DNA of 36,115 nucleotides from Catajapyx aquilonaris (taxonomy: Eukaryota), in contig KZ539029.1 in NCBI GenBank assembly GCA_000934665.2, positions 1-36,115 on the forward strand, in the 5' to 3' direction. Numbering within the stretch: position 1 is the first letter of the stretch; every line of letters begins with the position of its first letter. The notes under the pieces were generated by a model. It saw only the letters and a list, made by a program, of their open reading frames with translations, did not search any database and was not told where the DNA came from. Shown here piece after piece: positions 23,801 to 33,469 of the stretch. The position numbers were made by a program, and so were the translations under genes.

Positions 23801-26042
23801 CGACACTTGCTTCAAGTCATACAGAGACGGAACAATAACATTGGAGAGAGTGCCTTGTGGGTGGAAGGACCTCTCAATCCAATTCCAGGGTTGCAAGGTA
23901 AGTTGTTTTCAATGAATACTAGATATGTGTGTACCTTCCAGATAATATGCGCCTACATACCTAATAAGTTACTCAAAAAGGTTAAAGACACAAGTATACT
24001 ACCAGGTGTCTGAGATCCAGATTCAATTCATGTCACTTCTTAATTTTGACTCACGTCACGCAATACATTTTGAGCAAGCTTGCCTTTGGCTCTGTAAAGA
24101 AAACACAGTACTACATAGTCTATTTTAGAATGTGGTAGTTCTCAAGAAAACAACTTTCTGCACAAACACGGAACCAAATATTACTTGATCATACTTTTCT
24201 CAGATCTGAATGAATGCACAATGTCGGAGCTGAATGACTGCGACGTGCATTCTGCTTGCACCAACACTTTTGGTTCTTTCCGATGTACTTGTGCACCTGG
24301 ATATCGTGATCGACATTCTGGCGATGAGGAGCGTTCAGGACGCAGATGTGAGACCTGTTCGCAAGACTACTGTACTGGTCGTGGCCAATGCAGCATTGAA
24401 GATGGACAAAGAGTCTGTCAGTAAGTACTATTGCTCAGCTTCCACCATAAGCCAGTGTTTCATTGGACATTCATATACAATTGCCTTGCTTTCAGTTGTC
24501 ATGGAAATTTTTATGGTGCTCAGTGTGAGGTCGATGGAGAAGTTTTAGGTGTGGCTGTGGGAGCATCAGTCACTGCTGTTGTCATTATTGTCCTCACACT
24601 CATTTGTCTTTGTATGTGGAGGTAAGATTTCAATAACCTGGTAGTTATTTCTTGAATGAATGATTTTAAAAAAATATTTCAGTCGGAGATGGAAACGAGA
24701 GCAGCAAAAGTCAGAACTGCTCTCAGGTCGCACAGGAGTGAGTCCCGCCACTTACAACTATGTTAGTAAAGGTCAGGGAAGCACATATCATGTCACTTTA
24801 GAGGATCGCCTCAGGTGGGCACAAATCATGGATGCAGTGAGTGCGCCTACGGCGCCATCACAAAATTTATATGCTGTAAGTCGCCCTTTTGGCATTTCAC
24901 ACTTTCCATCTAAGCATAAGGCAGCCTTCTTTTCCATGACTCAGCTCAATGTTTTTTTCTGCTTCTTTCTCTTTCTTCATGGCTCCAGATTCCATGCCCA
25001 GCGGGAAACGATGTTGTAGGAACATCCGGACATCAGCTTGTTCCTATGGTAGGAACAATCAACGATTGTACGATACTTCTCATAACTGTCAAATGCATTA
25101 ATAAAATTCTTTCTTCCCTAGTGCTCATGCACTCTTTCAAGCATAATGATTGGTGAATGTTTGCCTAATAATTACCGTAATCTTTATTTACATGTTTTAT
25201 GACAGATAGTCTGATATCAAATTTTATAGTGGATACCAGAGTCTATTAGGCTCACAGCCAAATCAGCGTATGTAGTTATTGAATCAAGTATGGGTTTGGT
25301 GGGTGCAGGGCCTTACAAGGCTGGGGGTCACTCGCAAAAATCATTGACAGCCAAAGCAGCCAAATTTTGCGGACATTCATGCTTCATGTTGGTACTCTTG
25401 TGCCAGAATATACCTGACAAGTATCAGCTGGCTGGAGAACCAAAGGCCCACACCTATCCATATTTGCAGTCAGGTGGGGCAGCGTGAATTATGAAATTTC
25501 TACCGATATTAATGTGAGCTGAAATCTGGTATACACTATATATTATCGTATGCTGACAAAATAATTCCTTAATGCCAATATAAGAAAACTAATGCAGTTA
25601 TATTAGTGTTTGATATCACTTTTGTGGGAATCTGAGTGATGCTTCATGCTCTACCAGCAGCCTGACCCCATGGGTGCTTCAGCCACAAGGCCATCCTCAG
25701 CTCTATTGCTGACTGGTACGCCTTTGTTTCGGATGCCCTGTACTCCAGCTCCGTTTGGGGAACCCAATGAAGATAAAGATGACGATGATGGAATCAGGGC
25801 ACTTAAGGGAGGACGGTCTAAAAGCAGGGGATCTTTAGCAGTAAGTAATAGAAAATATCCTGATATTATCATGTGCCATGTAGCAAAAACAGATCTCCCT
25901 GTTCCAGAACCAAAATGGCATTTATTATGACCTGGAATATGAAGACACTGCTGAGACATTAGGACGAGGGGCTTATGCTCATCAGATGCCAATACCTCTC
26001 AGCACTTACATGCCTGCTATGGGCAGGCCCTTTTATGGATGA
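8355..26042 (+). CDS. pwn: Spliced gene for a pawn-like type I membrane protein (signal peptide, mucin-like P/S/T region, EGF, SEA, cbEGF, EGF, TM, cytoplasmic tail). Exons: 8355-8397, 20984-22819, 22898-23320, 23392-23519, 23642-23897, 24204-24420, 24496-24621, 24683-24875, 24989-25048, 25658-25840, 25908-26042; about 1199 aa
   Basis: All introns are GT-AG with compatible phases and give one 3600-nt reading frame. RIDTCIVGDASTC...CRPGFARRRHRGPC, LDSAMGMTP, RRNNNIG, DLNECTMSELNDC, YGAQCEVDGEVLGVAVGASV...MWSRRWKREQ and NQNGIYYDLEYE closely match recalled insect pawn sequences. Confidence 0.85.
11907..12062. mobile_element. piggyBac-type palindromic MITE in pwn intron 1
   Basis: TTAA|CCCTGTAATGCC ... 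GGCATTACAGGG|TTAA; arms tgggtcatatctggcacaccatttagtgcaattt and its reverse complement. Confidence 0.88.
12660..12900. mobile_element. GC-rich PIF/Harbinger-like element fragment (left end only)
   Basis: TAA|GGTGCATTCACAT start followed by repeated GCGAC/GTCGC motifs; no convincing right TIR. Confidence 0.4.
13257..13383. mobile_element. PIF/Harbinger (Tourist-like) palindromic MITE
   Basis: TTA|TGCCTGATTGCACCA...TGGTGCAATCGGGCA|TTA; arms of about 50 bp. Confidence 0.85.
14768..14875. repeat. (AAT)n microsatellite with GAT interruptions
   Basis: Direct observation. Confidence 0.97.
15066..15224. mobile_element. MITE with CAAGGGG termini (P-element-like), copy 2
   Basis: Perfect 16-bp TIR caagggggtaatcact / agtgattacccccttg; 8-bp TSD acatattt / gcatattt (7 of 8 match). 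Confidence 0.85.
15490..15595 (+). mobile_element. Fragment resembling the 5' UTR of an RTE/BovB-clade LINE
   Basis: CAGTGACCCCAAGAACTATG..AGGGCCACCCAAGTCGGACAGGTC..GGGGTAGGAGACAGACTAAGAG matches the recalled RTE 5'UTR pattern. Confidence 0.5.
15930..16720 (-). mobile_element. Possible degraded 5' portion (5'UTR/ORF1) of a CR1-like LINE
   Basis: GC-richer block; minus-strand GACCACGTCTGAAGCC resembles recalled CR1 5' ends; only weak ORF1-like peptide remnants. Confidence 0.3.
20984..22819 (+). CDS. pwn: pawn-like exon 2, large Pro/Ser/Thr-rich mucin-like ectodomain
   Basis: 623-aa ORF 20974-22845 containing PDVQDIIDGIVKLLGGKV and TRINNRGPPRI islands; donor CCAG|GTACTG at 22819/22820. Confidence 0.88.
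22898..23320 (+). CDS. pwn: pawn-like exon 3 (FVSIDGKRTYFNLF motif, Pro-rich linker, first EGF-like domain)
   Basis: Acceptor TTTTCAG|TG, donor TCAA|GTTAGT; six-Cys EGF pattern. Confidence 0.9.
23392..23519 (+). CDS. pwn: pawn-like exon 4 (SEA domain N-terminal part)
   Basis: Acceptor TTTAG|GA, donor GCG|GTAAGT; SLKVDRINEQRVTWDERYRDAGSEKYQELE. Confidence 0.88.
23642..23897 (+). CDS. pwn: pawn-like exon 5 (SEA domain C-terminal part)
   Basis: Acceptor TTGAAG|CTG, donor CAAG|GTAAGT; LDSAMGMTP...RRNNNIGESALWV. Confidence 0.88.
24204..24420 (+). CDS. pwn: pawn-like exon 6 (calcium-binding EGF and start of the next EGF)
   Basis: DLNEC...CTNTFGSFRCTC cbEGF signature; acceptor TTCTCAG|AT, donor CA|GTAAGT. 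Confidence 0.92.
24496..24621 (+). CDS. pwn: pawn-like exon 7 (end of EGF, transmembrane helix)
   Basis: VLGVAVGASVTAVVIIVLTLICLCMW hydrophobic span; acceptor TTTCAG|T, donor AG|GTAAGA. Confidence 0.92.
24683..24875 (+). CDS. pwn: pawn-like exon 8 (juxtamembrane cytoplasmic region)
   Basis: SRRWKREQ stop-transfer and LEDRLRWAQI motif; donor GCT|GTAAGT. Confidence 0.88.
24989..25048 (+). CDS. pwn: Candidate 60-nt symmetric (phase 0-0) exon 9, possibly alternatively spliced (IPCPAGNDVVGTSGHQLVPM)
   Basis: Long polypyrimidine tract plus CCAG acceptor, open frame, donor ATG|GTAGGA. Confidence 0.5.
25658..25840 (+). CDS. pwn: pawn-like exon 10 (cytoplasmic; NAGNAG acceptor at 25658/25661)
   Basis: Phase-0 frame QPDPMG...RSKSRGSLA; donor GCA|GTAAGT. 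Confidence 0.78.
25908..26042 (+). CDS. pwn: pawn-like terminal coding exon 11 (NQNGIYYDLEYE...RPFYG*)
   Basis: Acceptor GTTCCAG|AAC, TGA at 26040-26042. Absent from the ORF track because it is short. Confidence 0.82.
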   Translation, partial: NQNGIYYDLEYEDTAETLGRGAYAHQMPIPLSTYMPAMGRPFYG

Positions 26043-26662
26043 CTGCCTGCCTTCTTCTCTTTACTTCTCTGTCTACTCGAGCGGTGACGATCATCATGAA
26101 TGTCGCATGCCTGACTGGACTTCAGAGGAGCAAGGCATCATGCTCAAGAGCATAACTGCCTTGGACTGCCATGGACTCAAGTGTAGAATCATTGGATAAA
26201 AGCATATGTTAATGAAAAGGGCGTGTAGTATGTGATGTACTGATTAGTGATCAGTGTGCTGCTCTTAAAATTTAATGTTTTTAAGTCATATTGTGCAATG
26301 GATTTTCTGTGTAAACAGTGCTACCAAATTGGTTGAGGTGTTTAAAATTTGAGCAGTGTAAATTATTCAGTACTTTCAAGTACATGTCAGTATGAGAATT
26401 TACTGAATTCCGTAAGCAACTTGTAAATTATTATTTTGTAATCATATAGAAATATAGCAGTCCTGAAAAACCTTACTTGGTAATGTGCAAATACAGCAGT
26501 TCTAATTATTTCTTCCTACTTTTGACTGAGGGTCAAGTGTATGAAAATGAGTTAAGATGTTAACAAGGAGTTAGTTTGTATGTTAACAAGAGTTGACTCC
26601 ATAGTTAACCTTACTGCAAGGTCATACAACCGGCCCTAAGTAATCCTAATGAGTATCTTATA

Positions 26663-27770
26663 CAGTGAAACCTGCATATACACGTATGGCAGACATGTTT
26701 CTTTCCGTGATATTATTTCGTAATGACAATGCGTAGGCTGTAGGACAATTAAAAACTACGGCAGTAGCATTGGTCTCATATTCCGTCATTCGAGGTCTCT
26801 TCGTAGTTTTTGGGGTAGCCAAGTAGACTGAACACACATTGGAGACAGAAAGTTGCAAGCAACCTATTTACGCAGAACACTCATTGACAAAGGATGTCTT
26901 CCAGAATTAATTTTGCAGTGTTTCACGATAATATTTATTGGAGGTTGTTCCTAATTACATTATATGAAAAAATGACACTCCGTTTTTAAATATCTGACCC
27001 CTGAGTAGGCCTAGCGAAAACCTATGCTCGAAAGTTGAGAATTTGCAATATTTTGCACTTGAAATGGCCACTTCAGGCACAATACAGGGCAACAATTCAG
27101 GACACGTGCCGACAGGTGCTCATGAAATACAAAAGCTGGCTATTTTCCCACCTAAAACTTGCTGGGAAGTAAATTCGAATAATATTGCTGGTACTCCATC
27201 ATAATGACCTAAGTTAGACCAAAATGTGCCAAAAGCAAGACCTTGTTGTGCAACTGAATACAAAGATGAGGAACTCTGACATATAGGAGCTATCTTTGCT
27301 TTTCCCAGCGCTTTTTGCTCAATTTGATGCTGTCTTACATAGCCATGAGGACACCAGAGTATTCTCAACCCAAAGACACAGATTACAACCATGTCAACGT
27401 AGAGGAAATCTGTTGGTACTGTTGTGGGTTGATGCCACCATTATTTGTCCATGTTGGCAATAATTCTGTTGACCCAACCATTCTCTTTCCATCGGAACCA
27501 GTATGCTCTTTTGTCAAATAAATTGCTGGAGAGTTTTGTTAAGGACTGGAGATGAAGAAAGACCACGGAAGTTTCTTGGCCTGTGCAGGGCAAGTTCAGT
27601 GATGCCATCAGCATTAAGGACCCAAGTGCATACAGTCAGTTGGTCAATGTGGTCCGAGTTATTATCCTTCCAGTAGTATAATAATAATAAATTCCCTGGT
27701 ATACAACAGAGTTCATGAATATGAAGGACCAATGGTTGAGATCCCCGCAAATGTCTACATTTCAGGTACG
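26663..27770 (-). mobile_element. Decayed pogo/Tigger transposon 3' part (DDE transposase C-terminal remnant)
   Basis: Minus-strand SQPLVLHI (like QPLDLGII), IDQLTVCTWVLNA (like IDLLxAxxWxxxAW) and DFLYVD; TA|CAGTGAAACCTG terminus at 26663. Confidence 0.45.
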
Positions 27771-28059
27771 GTAATTAAAGCGTGAAATTTGCTCATCCTA
27801 ATGTTGGAATATCAAATCGTGACATGAAAAGGTTTAGCTGATAATTACAGGCTGAATAATTGAAGAATTATTTATCCAAGCTCTGAATTGTGTAATAAAT
27901 TTCCAATTATTATAAAAATGACCCTTTGAAGCATTTGGAAAATAATGTGAAGCAATGGTTATTAATGGTTAATTAATTAATTAATTAATAACAACTCGAT
28001 GAAATTAATGTTTGGTGCATTGAACTGTGCCAGCTGATGCATCGATTTGGTGAGATATA

Positions 28060-28504
28060 CACTGTACTCTCCCGATTATCTGGTCTAATGGCTGCACGAG
28101 TGTTGCCGGATAATCGGAAAAACGGATAATCGGAAAATGGTCATAGACATCGTAAAAAATTACCTAAATTCTCAGGTTTCTAATGTTTGTTTGTTTGATT
28201 GATTGCTGTTTTTACTGTAGAGAGAGTATGCTGCTTGGTTGAATCAAAATAATAAAACTTACCATGGATGTTTACTTTGTCTCCTTGAAAAAGTATGTTA
28301 TATTTTTCTTCGTTGGCGAGACATATTGACAGTGGGTGGAATTTTCTAGTCAGTACCAGTGCTGGCACTGGTATTGCTAAGTTAGCAGTATTTACAGTGG
28401 CAGCAGTGGGACGAAAATTCGACACTTTTTTCGGACTTTAATTTTAAATTTCATTTCTTGACGATGCACGGATAAGCCGCACCCGGATAATCGGGAGTAC
28501 AGTG
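28060..28504. mobile_element. Tc1/pogo (Tigger-like) MITE
   Basis: TA|CACTGTACTC(T)CCCGATTATC ... GATAATCGGGAGTACAGTG|TA; repeated CGGATAATCG. Confidence 0.85.
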
Positions 28505-28578
28505 TACTTATATACCCGGGCATTTGACCAAGGTCATAACTAGCAGGGAATGTTTATCGGGGGGGGGGGGGGGGGGGG

Positions 28579-28707
28579 NNNNNNNNNNNNNNNNNNNNNN
28601 NNNNNNNNNNNNNNNNNNNNNNNNNNNNNNNNNNNNNNNNNNNNNNNNNNNNNNNNNNNNNNNNNNNNNNNNNNNNNNNNNNNNNNNNNNNNNNNNNNNN
28701 NNNNNNN
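28579..28707. other. Assembly gap (129 N) between a poly-G and a T-rich tract
   Basis: Direct observation. Confidence 0.99.
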
Positions 28708-28963
28708 TCTTTTTTTGTTTTTTTTTTGTTTTTTTTGCATCTAGACCTGCTCTAAAGCAGCTCCTGAAAAAATGAGGCCTTTTTTTGGAGAATATTTTTC
28801 GGTTAGTGGAAGTGGTCAAAAGCCAATGAACGTAGGCTATAATTATATTGTATATCAAAAGAAAGAGAAACACCAGGAGAATGCGTATGTGGAATTAGTT
28901 TTCCTCTCAAATGTAAAAATAAAATTTTATAGCATTTCATTGGTCACTTGCTCAGTCACATTC

Positions 28964-29522
28964 CCAAGAATGGTGACCTCAACAATTAGTGATGTGTTTG
29001 CGTTACATCAGTCATATTTGATTGGTGACAATAGTTGGGACTGACATAAATGTTCAGTCTGTTAAGTTTGAGGCCTGGGTCATGCATGGTTAGCGAGAAA
29101 ATAAAAGATATGTTTTGCTGATATACAGTAAGTTATTTTCACTCTTCTACAAAAAACCTTTTTGATCTTTCTGAAGAAGTGAATAGTGATACCTTAGTAC
29201 TTTTCTCCCTGATGCCAAATCTGCACTTAGAATTGTAGTGTCCGGCACAGTTTTCGAGATATACTGCATTTACTAATAGATACTCTATTAGTATAAATGC
29301 AGTAAATACAGTATATCTCGAAAACTGCGCCGGAATCACTATTCACATCTTCAGAAAGATCAAAAAGGGTTTTTGTAGAAGAGTGAAAATAACTGTATAT
29401 CATGCATGACCCAGGCCTCAAACTTAACATACTGAACCTTATGTCGGTTATACCACTAGTGTCACCAAATATGACTGATGTAACGCAAACACATCACTAA
29501 TTGTTGAGGTCACCATTCTTGG
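28964..29522. repeat. About 560-bp foldback palindrome with centre near 29281
   Basis: ccaagaatggtgacctcaacaattagtgatgtgtttgcgttacatcagtcatattt and its reverse complement at the ends; arms pair up to ctaataga-tac-tctattag; two extra segments in the left arm; no TSD found. Confidence 0.9.
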
Positions 29523-29614
29523 TCTTTTGGGTGCGCACAATGTGCAAAGGAAAGCGGAAACGAAAACGAAAACGAAAAAAAAACTCAGGAAAATAATACC
29601 AAAACAGTAATTAA

Positions 29615-29757
29615 AGCAGCATTTACATGTGAGAGATTTGATCGGCGATTCATTGACGAGTGAAAGTAACAATAAACTTACATGTTCGCCCCAAACAATT
29701 GGTCTCATCACTCAGCAGTGACATCGCTGCATCAAATCCTCACATGTAAATGCAGCT
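29615..29757. mobile_element. PIF/Harbinger-like MITE
   Basis: TAA|AGCAGCATTTACATGTGAG ... CTCACATGTAAATGCAGCT|TAA. Confidence 0.8.
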
Positions 29758-29891
29758 TAAATGAAACTAAAATAATTATTGGAAATCATACCTGCACATC
29801 GGGTTTGGAAATACGACACAAAAAAAATATTTAACGTATTATTCGTGAAATAATATTGTAAAAATGCTAGGCACCTAAAATGTGCGTACAG

Positions 29892-31179
29892 GGGCAATTC
29901 CACGTGAACGTGATCACCTTTTGCACGAATAAAAATTTGCCCACAGATGAGATATGTTTAGGTCCAGGTCACGTTAGGACCTTTCCCATAAGGATTTGGT
30001 CCGCTAATGGGTGGTTGCCTATCTACAGGCGCTAATTGCACTTCGATCACAGTTAGAGGCGCCCCCTATTACTACATTTACATGACAACGTAAATGCATG
30101 ATGTAATACATGTTTCATGTGTGAAATTGTCTCCTCTTTCCGACAGAAATAGTCACTTTCCGATAGCTGTGCAAATTCATGTCAAAAAGCGACATTTTTG
30201 CAAACAAATGACATTTTCAAAAAAAGAGCCAAAGTCAAATGTCATCCCATTGATTTCAAAATACACCTCACAGTGTCCTCTATCAGTGATACAAACGGAA
30301 TTTTGGAATACGAAATGGTTACGGAGCTATAGGTACTAACGTGGAGCGCCGCGCTAGTGGCCACGCCCGCAGAATGAAGAGGAGCGGCCCACCTAGGTCC
30401 GTCTTCATGTCTCAGGTAGTGTACGCTTGTCCTTTGTGTTTAATTCACTTAAGAAAATAGTTCCAAAAAAATTTACCATAGAATAGTAAGAATAAATGAA
30501 AATTCCCTTGTCATGTTCAACAAAGTTTCCATTTTCACACGTGTCAAGTGTGTGTTAAAATATGCTTGATTATTTAGAATATAGAAACATGTAGCCTACT
30601 TTTTATTTAAATATGTTCGTTCCTCTATTTGTTCCAACATAGTCACAGTCCAAATGAATGTTCACGAGACCTGTACGGAATTCCTTGCGGCTCCATACAG
30701 GCCCCTTGCTTTCACTATAATGGAATAGCCTATATATTGCACTCCTGCACCCCTCCACGTCAGTGATTATAGCTCCGGAACCCTTGCGTATGCCAAAATT
30801 CCGTTTGTATGGCTGATAGAGGACACTATGAGGAATTCTTTGATATCAATGTGATGACTGATGGCATTTAACTTTGGCTCTCGTTTCGAAAATTTCATTT
30901 GCTTGCAAAATTCTCCATCACATCGGTCAGGAAATTAGCATTTTTGTCGAAAAGAGGAGACAATTTCACACGTGAAACTTGTATCACATCAAGCATTTAC
31001 ATTGTCGTGTAAATGTGATCAAAGTACAATATTTGCGCCTGTAGAGAGGCAACCACGCATCATCGGACCAAATCCTTATGGGTAAGGTCCGAACGTGACC
31101 TGGACCTAAACATATCTCACACTCATCGACAGGCAAATTTTTTCGTGCAAAAGGTGATCACGTTCACGTGGAATTGCCC
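29892..31179. mobile_element. 1.29-kb foldback DNA transposon with ~450-bp TIRs (GGGCAATTCCAC termini; Sola-like, superfamily uncertain)
   Basis: gggcaattccacgtgaacgtgatcaccttttgcacgaa is perfectly inverted at the right end; arm similarity continues to about 30345/30750; flanks ACAG/ACAA may be an imperfect 4-bp TSD. Confidence 0.85.
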
Positions 31180-31182
31180 ACA

Positions 31183-31303
31183 AGTGGCATGTCAATAATT
31201 GTCATCATCAGTCCAGTCTCACATCGAGAAAAAAGACATTCGTAACATTCTGAATGTGTTATCGATGTGAGACTGGACTGATGATGACAATTGACATGCC
31301 ACT
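31183..31303. repeat. Hairpin of about 120 bp (41-bp arms, about 33-nt loop)
   Basis: agtggcatgtcaat(aat)tgtcatcatcagtccagtctcacatcga / tcgatgtgagactggactgatgatgacaattgacatgccact. Confidence 0.9.
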
Positions 31304-31319
31304 GGCTCAGAATATTGTA

Positions 31320-32918
31320 TTAAAAATAGACTCACCATGATATTACTGGTCTGTATGTCACATCAGGGTGCACTCTGAAGCTCATCACAAGGTATTCTCT
31401 TCGTCGCGTCGTAGGAAATTCGTAACATTCGGATTGTGTTATTTCCAAGACTGCTTGAACTATCACAGCAACTGTTCATGGGAAATTAACCTTTAATAAG
31501 ATTCTCTTATCCGAATTTCAAGAATGTACCAGAAACAAGGTGGGTTGTGAATATCCGAAGTAACGAATTTTTGCATAATAGCCTAATACGCGTAATGATC
31601 AGTTCGGAGGTGAAAGGCCCCTCTAGGTGACAGAATACTGTCTTGATTCCTCCTTGCAACACAGGAACCAATCACTTATCATAATAATAGTGATAAACTG
31701 ATAAGCCATTGCTGAATGTCCTTTCACAATCCATCAGCTACTTCAGCTATACCTTAAATGCCACAACTGAATTATTGTCATTTCCAAATATTTTACACTG
31801 TAACCAATTTCACCAGTTAGGCAGTTACCTACTGCAATTTTATTCCAAATATGCAATAATACAAACATGGCACTGCTTTTCATCATAACGTTGTATCCTA
31901 TATCTACATTCAAGATTCAACCAAAACCGGGACGCTTTGTCTCACCAAAATTAATCGCACGGCAAAAGCTATATCCCATAAGAACCCGAATCTGAATCAG
32001 CACCTATTTTTGGATCAATGTTCATAAGTATAAAGAGCGTTTCAAAATGCAAAGACTCCGGGTTATCGCACTTTTCAATTATGTCCATCAGCTCCATGAT
32101 GACTTCCTGGTTAACCCTGGTGACCAATATTTGGGGACGATTCTCCATGATTGAATCGCAGAGAAGTTGTTTGACAGCCATGTCCAGCCTTCCTTGCGAA
32201 GCCAGCCATCGCAGAAAGACTACCAGCTTGCGCATGTGGCCCTCCAGAACCTTTTCTGCGCACATCAGAGTCCTCATAGTCTGAAACCGATACATTTCAT
32301 ACGATTATCATGACCCCAGAAATATCCACCCGCCATACATACATGCTGAAAGCCAAAGTGATTGCGAACACTGATTTCTTGCATGTTCGCTTCACGCTGC
32401 TCTATCACCAACCTCTCTCGCAAGGCCACGACGTCGATCACAATCCCGAAACAGAAGATAATCAACTTAGTGGCCATCTTCACTACTTTCTCTCGCACAT
32501 GCACACGATCCATTGCAGATTCAATGCTGACTCAGCCTGTCGAAGAGCGAATAAATGCTTGCGACTCGAGGAAGAACCGTGCAAGCTTTGTTTGCTACCT
32601 GGTGTAAATCTGCCCTCGTGGAATAGGCAGCTTTTGCTTTAACAAGTGTTATCATATTGTACCAAGTGGGCAGGCTGTACATTCCGTGGATTCTCGACGC
32701 AAATTCCGTTTACGGGCTCCTCGTAACTGGTAAACACCTATTACAAGGAAATGCATTGTCCTGGAGATAAATTCCTGCCGCTCCGTTCATTGTGCAATAT
32801 AATATTATTGTTTCGGAAAGACAAAAGGTGTCAAATGACTAAGAATATCCCCATGTAGTCCACAGGATATTGTTAGTTTCTCCAGTTTCATCCTTATCAT
32901 TCTGACTAAAAGGTATAT
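31320..32918 (-). pseudogene. Degraded endogenous viral element: alphavirus-like (Martellivirales/toga-like) RNA-dependent RNA polymerase fragment with several stops and frameshifts
   Basis: Manual minus-strand translation gives, in order: GHMRKLVVFL..LDMAV (about 32170-32241), IMELMDIIEKCDNPESLHFETLFILMNID (motif A region, about 32015-32100), NFGETK, YNVMMKSSAMFVLLHIWN (motif B, about 31842-31895), CKIFGNDNNSVV (motif C, GDD read as GND, about 31760-31797), KDIQQWL, PFTSELII and FLKFG. This is colinear with recalled alphavirus nsP4 (GIHRELV..FDMS, LETDIASFDKSQD, AFGEI, GAMMKSGMFLTLF.N, CAAFIGDDN, RCATW, PYFC, LFKLG). Boundaries are approximate. Confidence 0.7.
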
Positions 32919-33148
32919 CTTCGTCTCGGGTGGGACTCCTAAGACTAACCACCCGGGGGAGTTCACAATATAACCTCACCCACGACATTGAACTGCACTT
33001 TGGACATCCCCTCCAAGTCATCACCCTGCCCGTGGGCCCGGGCGTTACGCGAAATAGGTACCATATAATTATGTACTGGATTGATTTAAATAAAGGTCCG
33101 TGCCAGACCCTAAATAGGGTAAGCACTATCCAGGATTATTATTATTAT
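32919..33148 (+). mobile_element. 5'-truncated copy of the SINE family seen at 2557-2951, with (TTA)n tail
   Basis: Shared blocks cttcgtctc, agactaa, gagttcacaa, gacattg..tgcacttt, cccctccaagtca, ccgggcgttacg and gtgccaga. Confidence 0.7.
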
Positions 33149-33469
33149 ATATAAGTTATTATTATTTAATGGTAAGACCCCTTCAAAATCGGAGTCAACC
33201 CACTAAATATCTTTTTGTGGTGATGTATTCATAATTCGTGCCCATAAGGCAGGTGAAGTCTAGGCTACTGTACGGTTGGCTATATGAATGACAATACCAA
33301 GATATGTATAACAGCAACATTCATGTTGTCTTCCTCTTGAGCCCGGGACGTTTCATCAGGTCGGTATACGGCGCTCGGCGGATGGATTCCCAAAACGACC
33401 ATGCATTGGGAGACATCAATCTCCCTTGCTGATCCAGGCTCCGAAGTGAATGAGAAACCTGATTTTTGA

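Noticed and set aside
28508..28873. ORFs spanning the N-run
   Set aside because: Artefacts of the assembly gap and homopolymer tracts.
31975..32012. KIGADSDSGSYG as a kinase glycine-rich loop
   Set aside because: No downstream VAIK, HRD or DFG motifs; it lies between RdRp motifs A and B near a frameshift.
32150..32760. Alternative reading as a decayed TNF-receptor/death-domain gene (ECTACPLGT, LRWLASQG)
   Set aside because: The motifs lie in inconsistent frames with wrong spacing; the RdRp reading explains many more colinear motifs.
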